From positions 448,001 to 512,000 of the forward strand of contig CAVTET010000003.1 of the NCBI GenBank assembly GCA_963733675.1: DNA of 64,000 bases, written 5' to 3'. The notes beneath the pieces are model-generated. The model was not told the DNA's origin, ran no database searches, and was given only the letters and a program-made list of their open reading frames with translations. Source of the stretch: an uncultured Methanosarcinaceae archaeon. GTDB lineage: Archaea > Halobacteriota > Methanosarcinia > Methanosarcinales > Methanosarcinaceae. The position numbers and the translations under genes are program-made. This document shows positions 55,153-64,000 of this stretch, piece after piece (position 1 is the first letter of the stretch; each line of letters begins with the position of its first letter).

Positions 55153-56199
55153 GTGATAAAAGAAGCCATGTTATACGAAAAACTCGAAGACAATAAGGTC
55201 CATTGTGGTCTATGTGCTCATAGTTGCAAAATTTCACCCGGAAAAAGAGGTTTTTGCAAGGTCAGGGAAAACAGGGGAGGAAATTTGTACACTCTTATTT
55301 ACGGTACTGTATCAAGCGAGGCAATTGATCCTATAGAAAAGAAGCCTCTATATCATTATTATCCAGGGTCTTATGTCTATTCGGTTGGGTCAATAGGGTG
55401 TAACTTCCGCTGCAAACATTGCCAAAACTGGTCGATTTCTCAGGCCTGCCTGGAGGATTCTTTCACAGTGGATATTCCTCCTGAAGAGCTGATAGAAAGG
55501 GCACTTACCACAAAATCAAGGTCAATTGCCTGGACTTATAATGAGCCTACAATCTGGCATGAATACACCTATGAGTCTTCAAAATTAGCAAAAAATGTAG
55601 GACTTACAACAGTCTATGTGACAAACGGGTATATGACTCCTGAAGCTCTCCTTCATATAGCCCCCTATCTAGATGCGGCTAATATTGATATCAAAGCATT
55701 CAATGAAAAATTTTATCACGATGTTGCCAGCGCAAAACTAGGGCCTGTACTTGAGGCTTCTGCCTTTGCAAAAAAGCTGGGAATCCATATAGAAATTACG
55801 ACCCTTATTATTCCTGGAATCAATGATTCCTTAGAAGAGCTCAGGGAGCTTTCACGGTGGGTTTACAAAAATATGGGACCTGAAACTCCACTACACTTTA
55901 CACGTTTCCATCCCCAGTATCAGATGCAAGATCTCTCTCCAACACCTGTGCAAACCATGCAGGAAGCTTATCAAATAGCAAATGAGGAGGGATTGAATTA
56001 TGTCTACTTGGGTAACGTTCCGGGGAGTGATCGAAATAATACATTCTGTCCTAATTGCGGGAAAATGTTGATATCACGCGGTTTATTCTCGATTGAAAAA
56101 TACGAGATCACACCTGAAAAGACATGTCCCATATGCGGAGAGAATATTCCCATAGTAGGGGAATACGCCGACTCAAGACATGTATCGTGCGAAGATTGA
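55153..56199 (+). CDS. amrS: AmmeMemoRadiSam system radical SAM enzyme
   Basis: VHCGLCAHSC, DPIEKKPLYH, GCNFRCKHCQNWSIS, WTYNEP, PLHFTRFHP, TFCPNCG. Confidence 0.92.
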   Translation: MIKEAMLYEKLEDNKVHCGLCAHSCKISPGKRGFCKVRENRGGNLYTLIYGTVSSEAIDPIEKKPLYHYYPGSYVYSVGSIGCNFRCKHCQNWSISQACLEDSFTVDIPPEELIERALTTKSRSIAWTYNEPTIWHEYTYESSKLAKNVGLTTVYVTNGYMTPEALLHIAPYLDAANIDIKAFNEKFYHDVASAKLGPVLEASAFAKKLGIHIEITTLIIPGINDSLEELRELSRWVYKNMGPETPLHFTRFHPQYQMQDLSPTPVQTMQEAYQIANEEGLNYVYLGNVPGSDRNNTFCPNCGKMLISRGLFSIEKYEITPEKTCPICGENIPIVGEYADSRHVSCED

Positions 56200-56439
56200 T
56201 ACTGAACTAGATAAGCCCTTACATTATTGATGAAACTTATTATTAGCTTCGCAATAGCAAAAAAATAAATAAGCATCAATTAGTATAAAATACACAGTTT
56301 TGTAGTAAAACGTTTTTTTCAATTTTCATATTTGTAATAATCTCTCCTGTCCACATTCTTCGATTACCAAAATGTGTGGTACTTATAATTCTATATCGTG
56401 TCCAAAAAATATAAATTCGCAGTCCTTTAATCCTCGACT

Positions 56440-57324
56440 ATGTCTGTAAAAGAAGGTTCTTACAAACCCTATTCAGAAGTTGTAATTAGCAGTATAATCT
56501 ACGGTTCAATAGGCGTTTTCCTAAATAATATTCAGGACATGTCTATTGAATCCATCCTTTTCTCAATATCTTTTTTTGGCCTTTGCATGATTTTTATTTA
56601 CCTATTGTTCCGTAGAGGGTTGGGCCAGCTTAGATTTAGGAAAAATAGAAGATACCTAATTCTACTAGGCCTCCTGAATACAATTACAGGCATATGCTAC
56701 TTTTCTTCCATAAAATATAGTGGGATGTCCGTTGCAGTCCTTCTGCTTTATACAGCTCCTGTGTATGTTAGTCTGCTTGCTCCTACGATTCTTGGGGAAA
56801 AAAATAGTAGCAAAAGTCTTTTACCACTTTTTTTTGCCGTTACAGGGGTGCTACTTATTGCCCGCCCAGGAGAAGTTCTGATGAGCGTGGATACAGGATC
56901 CAATTTCCAGAAAGGTCTTATTTTTGGTTTGCTGGCAGGGCTATCTTTTGGTATAACTATAATCATGGTCCGTTACCTGAGGCATGATTACACAGGTATA
57001 ACTCAGACTTTCTGGATTACTGTTATAAGTCTCCTCATTATGCTTCCATCTGCACTTTTCACTCCTATCCACCTTTTCATTGAAAACCTTAATATTCTGA
57101 TGATGTTCGGTTTCACTATTACATTCGCTGCTGTTATTTACGTCAGAGGAATTTCAGGAATAAATGCACAAACAGGTAGTATTCTTGCCCTTTTAGAACC
57201 AGTCTCCGGAATCTTTTTTGACGTTGCCATTTTAAAAAATCCAGTATACATCTCAACTCTTCTAGGTTGCTGTTTAATTATCACAGCAGCTTATATTGTA
57301 AGTAGAAGGGATCGGAGTAAATGA
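56440..57324 (+). CDS. EamA/DMT family transporter
   Basis: About ten hydrophobic segments; LLYTAPVYV..LA...LGEK; LEPVS. Confidence 0.88.
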   Translation: MSVKEGSYKPYSEVVISSIIYGSIGVFLNNIQDMSIESILFSISFFGLCMIFIYLLFRRGLGQLRFRKNRRYLILLGLLNTITGICYFSSIKYSGMSVAVLLLYTAPVYVSLLAPTILGEKNSSKSLLPLFFAVTGVLLIARPGEVLMSVDTGSNFQKGLIFGLLAGLSFGITIIMVRYLRHDYTGITQTFWITVISLLIMLPSALFTPIHLFIENLNILMMFGFTITFAAVIYVRGISGINAQTGSILALLEPVSGIFFDVAILKNPVYISTLLGCCLIITAAYIVSRRDRSK

Positions 57325-57459
57325 ATTAAAGGTTCAATATTTGAAAAGTAAGAGATTCTGCCTTGAAACAAGAGAGTTTCGGTATAAATATCCTGTCAAA
57401 AGCTCTTTACTTAAGAGACCCTCTATTTTTAGTACAATGGTTTTGAAAACGTGAGATAA

Positions 57460-58060
57460 ATGGTAGAAGAAAGTTCAATTATCGGGCTTAAAGACTGTGT
57501 AATAATTTATACACTTGGATAGAATTTAGCGCGCTTGACGATGTGAATCCGATAATTTAAAAGAGTGATTAAAGGCAATTGTTGAGTGACCGGATTCTGG
57601 CAAAAGCATTCTATCCATCTATAGGCCAACTGGATATTCCGAGTTTAGATTCCTAGTTGATAGATAATATCGATGTGATCAAAATGTCGAATAAAAAACT
57701 TTCCGAAATGTGGAACAGAATGTTGGGCTTCGCTTTCCAGTATCACCATTTACTTTCGGATTTAACAGCCCTAAACATATAATAATGCAACTCTTAGTTG
57801 CGGGAAATACAGAAAGAATGCAAAAGAAATTGCGAAAAATTTTTAAAGTAAGTGAGGGTTTTGAAGAACATATGAACTACATACATGGTAAACTTTCTGG
57901 AGGCATATCCAAAGTGCTGCAGTAGCAAGGTAACTGAGCCGTTATTTTGCAATTATGCTAGGGGATGAACCTAGAGACAACCTTGATACAAAAATAGATG
58001 CCCAGATATACGAATTGTTCAATATACTAAACAAATAATCTAATCCAGTATTTATTGTAG
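57460..58060 (+). pseudogene. Decayed LolD/MacB-type ABC transporter ATP-binding protein
   Basis: ALDDVN, SGKS (Walker A remnant), GFAFQYHHLLSDLTAL, KLSGG, MLGDEP.DNLDTK; many lesions. Confidence 0.72.
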
Positions 58061-58144
58061 CCACTTAATGAAAAAATGGCCTCAAAAGCTGATAGGATTA
58101 TTATGCTTATGGGATGGTAAATTGGTTCTAAATGAGGGGAAAAT

Positions 58145-58600
58145 ATGGAGTATGCAAAAGGTAGAATAGGCAGGGTCTTTACGGTCAGGATTGATCATAA
58201 GGATGACCTGATTAGGGAACTGATCAAATTTGCGGAACTGGAACATATTGAGTCAGCTTTTTTTACACTGCTCGGTGCATTAAGAGGGGGAAAACTTGTT
58301 ACAGGCCCGAAAGAGAGTGTTTTACCTCCGGAACCTATCTGGTCTGTCTTTGATGATGTACATGAGATTCTTGGAATTGGGAATATATTTCTTGAAGACG
58401 GAAAACCGAAGATCCACCTGCATGTGGGAGCAGGCTGGGAAGATGGTGTTAAATTGGGATGCTTGAGGGTTCAAAGCGAGGTTTTTATGGTAGTTGAGGC
58501 ATTCGTCCTTGAGATCGAAGGCATTTCTGTCAGAAGAGTTTCAGATACAGAAAAGGGATTCTCACCCGTGAAATTCGAAAAAATCCCAGAATTGGAATAA
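58145..58600 (+). CDS. PPC/DUF296 domain putative DNA-binding protein
   Basis: LGAL, HEILGIGNI, PKIHLHV, VFMVVE. Confidence 0.85.
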   Translation: MEYAKGRIGRVFTVRIDHKDDLIRELIKFAELEHIESAFFTLLGALRGGKLVTGPKESVLPPEPIWSVFDDVHEILGIGNIFLEDGKPKIHLHVGAGWEDGVKLGCLRVQSEVFMVVEAFVLEIEGISVRRVSDTEKGFSPVKFEKIPELE

Positions 58601-58714
58601 TAACTATTACACTTAGTCATATTGGAATCCTCAATCTGTCCTTTGAGTATTCATTTTAATGTGATTATGTTGACAACAAACCTAGTGACTGAACAAATAG
58701 CTAATAAATAAAAG

Positions 58715-59261
58715 GGTTCCGTTGCAAAAAATCCTTTCTAATGATACAATAGAATAAAAAGAAAACCAAAGATAGTAACATGCTATCTAATTCCTTTAAA
58801 TGGAAGCATTATGAAGGGGAAATTATCTTATTGAATGTAAGATGGTACTTAAAATATGCATTAAGTTATAGAATAACCGTTGATAAGAATCCAGCTTATC
58901 CACCTGCTATAGATAAACTAAAAATTGATAATACTACCTAAAAACATAGGCATTCGACAAATCAAGTATTTGAATAACATTATAGAACAAGATCACAGAT
59001 CTATAAAGAGAATCGTTAATCCAATGTTAGGATTTCAGTCTTTTCGATCTGCTAATAAGACTTTAAAAGGAATTGAAGCTATAAATATGATCAAAAAAGG
59101 ACAAGTAATCGATTTAAATTACTCTGTTCTTAATGAAGTCAAATACATTAATCAATTATTTGGTATAGTTTTATAATGTTAGTACATTTTCCTTGAATGT
59201 TTTGATTTTTATTAATCACTTATAGATTTACATATTTTTTTGAAGTTTTTGCAACGGAACC
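58715..59261 (+). mobile_element. IS6-family element, copy 5; internally deleted (~308 bp), non-autonomous
   Basis: Both TIRs intact; junction TTATAG-AATAACCGTTG near 58871 removes most of the N-terminal half of the transposase. Confidence 0.92.
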
Positions 59262-60415
59262 AATATGAGTCTAATATACCAAAAATTACTCGATGCATTG
59301 AAATCAAAAATTCCTGTGATTACTGAATTTAATGTTAAGGTGGGAAGGAAATCTAATTGTGCATTCACGATACAGTAGAGTACTGAAAAAATAAGATAAA
59401 GGATAAGTATAACCATCAATCTTTTTTATAAAAATTTTTTATTGGCAATTCTGCTTTATATTTATTGTAAAGAACAAACCCGGATACAAAAACAAACATT
59501 GGTACAGCGAACCTAACTAACTCTTCAATATACATCAGAGAAAACGTTAATCCGGTTAATTTATTTATTGCAACTGTGTGATCGGTGGTTGTATAATGAG
59601 CACCCTATAATAGTTATGACCCGCAGATAATTTATTTCCTCAAACTAATTTTTAGAAGCCTTAATCAAAATTGATTCTCCTTCCAAACTAATCTAATTAT
59701 ATAGCCTTTAAATTTTCAGTTATGCGATGAGAATTTAAAGGAAACACATTATAATATTTTTGAGACCACATCATTTTTTGCTTTTCTCCAATTTTAAAGG
59801 AATAATTGAATTAGATCTAAATTAGTTGAATTTACGTCTCGTTTTGTGAAAAAGTTATGATGCCAATCGAAAGTTCTGTAAAATCACAAATACCAGAAAA
59901 TTATTGTATAGAAGATTTGATACACTATCAAAATTTGGAAAACAGTTACTTTTCTAGGTTAAAAAATTGTTATTTCCCAGATATACATTTGATTTTGAAG
60001 GATTTTTTCCCTTCAAGCGATGAAAAAGCATTTTTTGGTTTTAGTTATTGCATTAATTTTAATAAAATCTATGTATTACACTTTGAATCAGTGCAAAATA
60101 GGCTATGTGGAAATTAATATATGTGTAACAACATCTTGAAATTATCATTTCAGGAACCGATGACTGGAGCACTTTTGGAAATTTCACCTTAGTTTCATTT
60201 TGTTAGTATAGTGAGATTTTCATGACCATTTAAGTATTTCTTTTCAATTCTTACGTTTCTAGCTTTTAAACAAGGAAAGAAACCTTAAAGTCTATGATTC
60301 AAGTTATATATCCCTAAGAAGAAACTTGAGAAATGAACGCTCATGAAATATTGATTATCTCCATATGCGCTAAATTCCGGATAATGGAGGGATTTGCATA
60401 GAATCTTTCAAATGT

Positions 60416-61090
60416 GTGCTTACTAATTGGGATTACATTTATGATTTGTGTCGAAAAATATCAACGAAAATAAAACATTCTGGATACGAACCGGACGTAA
60501 TTATTGCGCTTGCCAGAGGAGGCTGGTTTGCAGGGCGCGTAATCTGTGATTTTCTGGGTTTAGACGACTTGTCCAGTCTGAAAATCGAGCATTATATAGG
60601 AACAATGGCTATCTATAGCGGTGAACCTTTTATTAAATATGCTCTTCCAGATAACGTTATGGGAAGTAAAAAAGTGCTTATAGTGGATGATATTGTCGAT
60701 ACTGGAGAGAGTATGCTAAGTGCAAAGGCTTACGTGGAAAGCCGGAATTCTATTGAAGTAAGGACAGCATCACTTCAATACATGGGAAGTTCGAAAATTG
60801 ACCCTGATTATGTGGGAGAACGACTTGAGGATTGGGCCTGGATTGTCTATCCCTGGAATTTTATGGAAGATATGATTAGCATACTTACTAAATGCATGAA
60901 AAAATATCCTAAAAAACGCTGGAGCCTTGAAGATATAAAGCACAGCCTTTACATAAACCATGGCCTTGATCCCATAGTCTTTGAAATAACCCAGCCAGGA
61001 AGGATTCCAGAAGTTCTGGAAGAGATGGAAAGAGTGTCCAGAATTAGCTCCGAAACAATCTGTGGGAAACAGTACTGGAAAATTTTATAA
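60416..61090 (+). CDS. Type I phosphoribosyltransferase (purine PRTase-like)
   Basis: IALARGGW, VLIVDDIVDTGES PRPP loop, WIVYPWN; true start uncertain. Confidence 0.88.
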   Translation: MLTNWDYIYDLCRKISTKIKHSGYEPDVIIALARGGWFAGRVICDFLGLDDLSSLKIEHYIGTMAIYSGEPFIKYALPDNVMGSKKVLIVDDIVDTGESMLSAKAYVESRNSIEVRTASLQYMGSSKIDPDYVGERLEDWAWIVYPWNFMEDMISILTKCMKKYPKKRWSLEDIKHSLYINHGLDPIVFEITQPGRIPEVLEEMERVSRISSETICGKQYWKIL

Positions 61091-61163
61091 AAAATTTATG
61101 TAATTATTCAGCCTATTAAAAATAAGTTGGATGATATTTATTTTGATGCAATAGATACTTTTG

Positions 61164-61221
61164 AATAGTGGGCAAATAGGCACACAAATTAATACATATC
61201 TGTACATCGGCAGGATGTAGG
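61164..61221 (+). repeat. Orphan IS-end-like repeat, most degenerate copy
   Basis: AATAGTGGGCAAATAGGCA...CTGTACATCGGCAGGATGTAGG. Confidence 0.5.
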
Positions 61222-61499
61222 CTCATTAATATCTACCAGAAAGCTAGTAAGATTTTACAATCTCATTTGTTTCTTTTTGTCTTTATCGATTGAAAATAGC
61301 TTCTCCTATTAAAAGCAAATATTAAGCAGCAAATACAAATATACATATCTATTAAGGGCATTTATTAAAAGTAGCCATTGAGATATATAACATTGATATG
61401 TCTTTGCGGATATTAATTTAACAAGCTGTTAAGGTATCTACTGATGCTTATATCAGTTTCTACAAATTAGTTTGTACTCATCTATTGATCGGTGAATTC

Positions 61500-61958
61500 A
61501 TGCCCCACAGATGTACCAGATGCGGAACCATTTTTGAAGACGGAGATTCTGTCATCTTGAGCGGCTGCCCTAAATGCGGCTGGAATAAATTTCTTTATGC
61601 TAAAAGGGAGTCAGAAAGCTCGGAAACCCAAAGAAAGCCTGCTATTGGAAAACAGAAATTGGATCTTGAATCTTCTCTGAATGGAGTTGTTAGAAGTATC
61701 GATGAAGCTCTTGCTTCTGAGCACGAAATCAAAATGCAGGAACTTGAAACCGAGAGAAGAGCAGAAGAAGAAAGAGTAGAATCTGTAAGAATTCTTGGAC
61801 CAGGTTCTTACGAGCTTAATCTCGATTCACTTTTGGAGAGGAAAGAGCTAGTTATGGCAATCAAGGAAGAAGGTTCTTACGCCCTACACTTGCCCTCTGT
61901 TTTCAAACAGCGGAAGTATAAGCAAAAGGATAAATCCAAATTAAAAAAGCAGGAATAA
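61500..61958 (+). CDS. Zn-ribbon protein (OapC/DUF2072-like)
   Basis: MPHRCTRCG...ILSGCPKCGWNKF; ESVRILGPGSYELNLDSL; GGTGA RBS. Confidence 0.82.
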   Translation: MPHRCTRCGTIFEDGDSVILSGCPKCGWNKFLYAKRESESSETQRKPAIGKQKLDLESSLNGVVRSIDEALASEHEIKMQELETERRAEEERVESVRILGPGSYELNLDSLLERKELVMAIKEEGSYALHLPSVFKQRKYKQKDKSKLKKQE

Positions 61959-62040
61959 TCTTTAAGTTTCTTAAAATTCTCCGGGAATGTTTGTCTGAAT
62001 TTTGTGAAAGACATCTTTCAAGAATCTAAGCAAGATTCCT

Positions 62041-62893
62041 GGTTCCGTTGCAAAAATCCTTTCTAATGATACAATAGGATAAAAAGAAAACCAAAGATGG
62101 TAATATGCTATCTAATTCCTTTAAATGGAAGCATTATGAAGGAGAAATTATTCTATTGAATGTGAGATGGCACTTAAAATATCCATCGAACTATACAAAT
62201 TTAAAGGGAATGATGATAGAAAGAGGAATTCAAGTTGATCACAGTACTATAATGAGATGGGTGCATCAATATTCCCCTGAACTAGAAAAGAAGATAAGAA
62301 GACATTTAAGACCAACAAATGATTCGTGGAGAGTTGATGAAACCTATATCAAAGTAAAAGGTAAATGGAACTATTTTTATCGAGCAGTTGACTCAAATGG
62401 AGATACAATTGATGTCATATTAAGTGCAAAACTAAATAGAACAGCAGCGAAGAGATTCTTTAAGAAAGCTTTTAGTTCTAATCATAATCAAATTCCAAGA
62501 GAAATAACAGTTGATAAGAATCCAGCATATCCACCTGCCACAGATGAACTGAAAAATGATAAAATACTACCTAAAAACGTAGGCATCCGACAAATCAAGT
62601 ATTTGAATAACATTATAGAACAAGATCATAGATCTATAAAGCGAATCGTTAATTCAATGTTAGGATTTCAGTCTTTTCGATCTGCTAATAAAACCTTAAA
62701 AGGAATTGAAGCTATGAATATGATCAAAAAAGGACATGTAAACGATCTAAATTACTCGGTTCTTAATGAAATCAAATACATAATCAATTGTTTGGTATAG
62801 TTTTATAATGTTGGTACATTTTCCTTGAATATTTTGATTTTTATTCATTACTTATAGATTTACATATTTTTTTGAATTTTTTGCAACGGAACC
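62041..62893 (+). mobile_element. IS6-family element, copy 6 (853 bp, more diverged)
   Basis: Both TIRs present. Confidence 0.93.
62105..62800 (+). CDS. IS6-family transposase with a frameshifted extreme C-terminus
   Basis: DDE motifs intact; 1-bp deletion near 62781 alters the last residues. Confidence 0.85.
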   Translation: MLSNSFKWKHYEGEIILLNVRWHLKYPSNYTNLKGMMIERGIQVDHSTIMRWVHQYSPELEKKIRRHLRPTNDSWRVDETYIKVKGKWNYFYRAVDSNGDTIDVILSAKLNRTAAKRFFKKAFSSNHNQIPREITVDKNPAYPPATDELKNDKILPKNVGIRQIKYLNNIIEQDHRSIKRIVNSMLGFQSFRSANKTLKGIEAMNMIKKGHVNDLNYSVLNEIKYIINCLV

Positions 62894-62966
62894 AAAAATA
62901 GTATATCTTGTAAAGGGATATTCAACCCATATTAAATTGCAATATGATAGGAATTGGGGTATAGAA

Positions 62967-63650
62967 ATGGGTCAAAAAGTACCACTGAAAATAACATTAA
63001 GTGGGATACTTCGTTGGATATTTGGATTGTTCTTTATAATAATTGCTTCAGAGATGGTTACAGAACGCGAATATTTTTCAGCAGTATTTATATTCATGGC
63101 AGCTTTTGTATCATTTCCGCCGATTTCAAATTTGCTGGAATCAGACTTGAATATTTCAATATCTGGCCCAGTGAGATTTTTGGTTGTAATACTCCTTTTA
63201 GTAGGATCTGTTGCTGTAGAGCCTAATCATTCATCTTCGGCAGTCATTTATACCCATGCTTTTTCAGGATCTAATAGTACCAATCAGGGTGACAATATTA
63301 GTTATTGGGAGTGGGAATGGCGTACGCCATCTAATATAGATAATACAAAGGTCCCATCGGGTTATGAATAAAAGCTACTTTGTATCTTGAAAAATAATCT
63401 TGATCAAAAGACAACAACAAGCTCAATTGATCGGAATTTATTTCCGGCTGGGCTTAGGTACGAGTATAATTCAATGACATTCGATAGTTTGCTGGGTTAT
63501 CAAGATCTAGAAATTACCAAAGTTTGAGAAATTGAACCAAAAAGAGTATAATCTAGTAAAAGGGCATCCAATCCGTGCTTAATTGCAATACGATGGAACC
63601 TGGGGTATGAGTCTGAGTGTTGCAAAAATTAGCTATTATGGAAATCGAAG
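62967..63650 (+). pseudogene. Membrane-anchored hypothetical protein, open to 63371 and probably decayed beyond
   Basis: Three hydrophobic N-terminal helices; sequence after the stop still looks coding (YLEK.., YNSMTFDS, LVKGHP, LQYDG) but is broken. Confidence 0.5.
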
Positions 63651-63838
63651 TTCATAATGAATTGGAGAGATTGATACTGTTGACGGTGTACGAATCAACG
63701 GTATCGAACTTGCTTAAGACAAAATACAAAGATGTTGAACAGTATATAAATAGTTTTTACTTTATAAATTTTTTCCTGAACATGGTTTTTTGGAGAGGTT
63801 ACATTAAAAAGAAATGATTAAATGAAGGAGACAATAAT

Positions 63839-64000
63839 GTGAAAGATAATCAAGCAAGCTTTACTGCAATGACGGTAGCCTACATGCGTGCCTATCATTC
63901 CAAACATGCTACCGACAAAATCTTTGACGACTTTCTGGCCTATGAGTTGATACCCACGGAAAAAAGGGCACTAATTGAACAACATTTAATTGAACAAAAT
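63839..64000 (+). CDS. Class I SAM-dependent methyltransferase (LCM/TIGR00027-like), 3'-partial
   Basis: AAGGAG RBS then GTG; MKDNQASFTAMTVAYMRAYHS...KIFDDFLAY. Confidence 0.75.
   Translation, partial: MKDNQASFTAMTVAYMRAYHSKHATDKIFDDFLAYELIPTEKRALIEQHLIEQN

Noticed and set aside
21-61000. Numerous 60-180-aa ORFs antisense to or overlapping real genes (e.g. 1367-1693, 14267-14713, 17898-18434, 27839-28237, 36968-37408)
   Set aside because: Shadow frames of well-supported genes with no motifs of their own.
1-64000. tRNA or rRNA genes
   Set aside because: No GC-rich cloverleaf or rRNA-like tract was recognised by eye; a tRNAscan-SE run would be decisive.

Overview
Chromosomal window from a methanogenic archaeon, very probably Methanosarcina (cdhD/cdhE, tfe-psmB-aCPSF1 cluster, ferredoxin plus geranylgeranyl reductase, tatC/tatA). 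Blocks of intact housekeeping genes are separated by long AT-rich spacers. On reading, many spacers turn out to be decayed genes or IS remnants: a HAD phosphatase, two IS110, IS481, IS5 and IS200 transposases, an ABC ATPase, a matrixin, NRAMP, USP, PRC-barrel and hcp genes, and the C-terminal domain of MetRS. Six copies of one ~855-bp IS6-family element (four full-length, one truncated, one internally deleted) lie between 37.6 and 62.9 kb, around an accessory region with an acyltransferase, a glycosyltransferase and a P-type H+-ATPase. The most unusual non-coding signal is a dispersed ~90-97-bp element present in about 10 copies, with conserved inverted termini (RATTTCGATAAAC...GTTTATCGAAATY), fixed spacing and a divergent centre. 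Several other dispersed repeats are also present. No rRNA, tRNA or CRISPR array was seen. All family assignments come from motif recognition by eye and need database confirmation.
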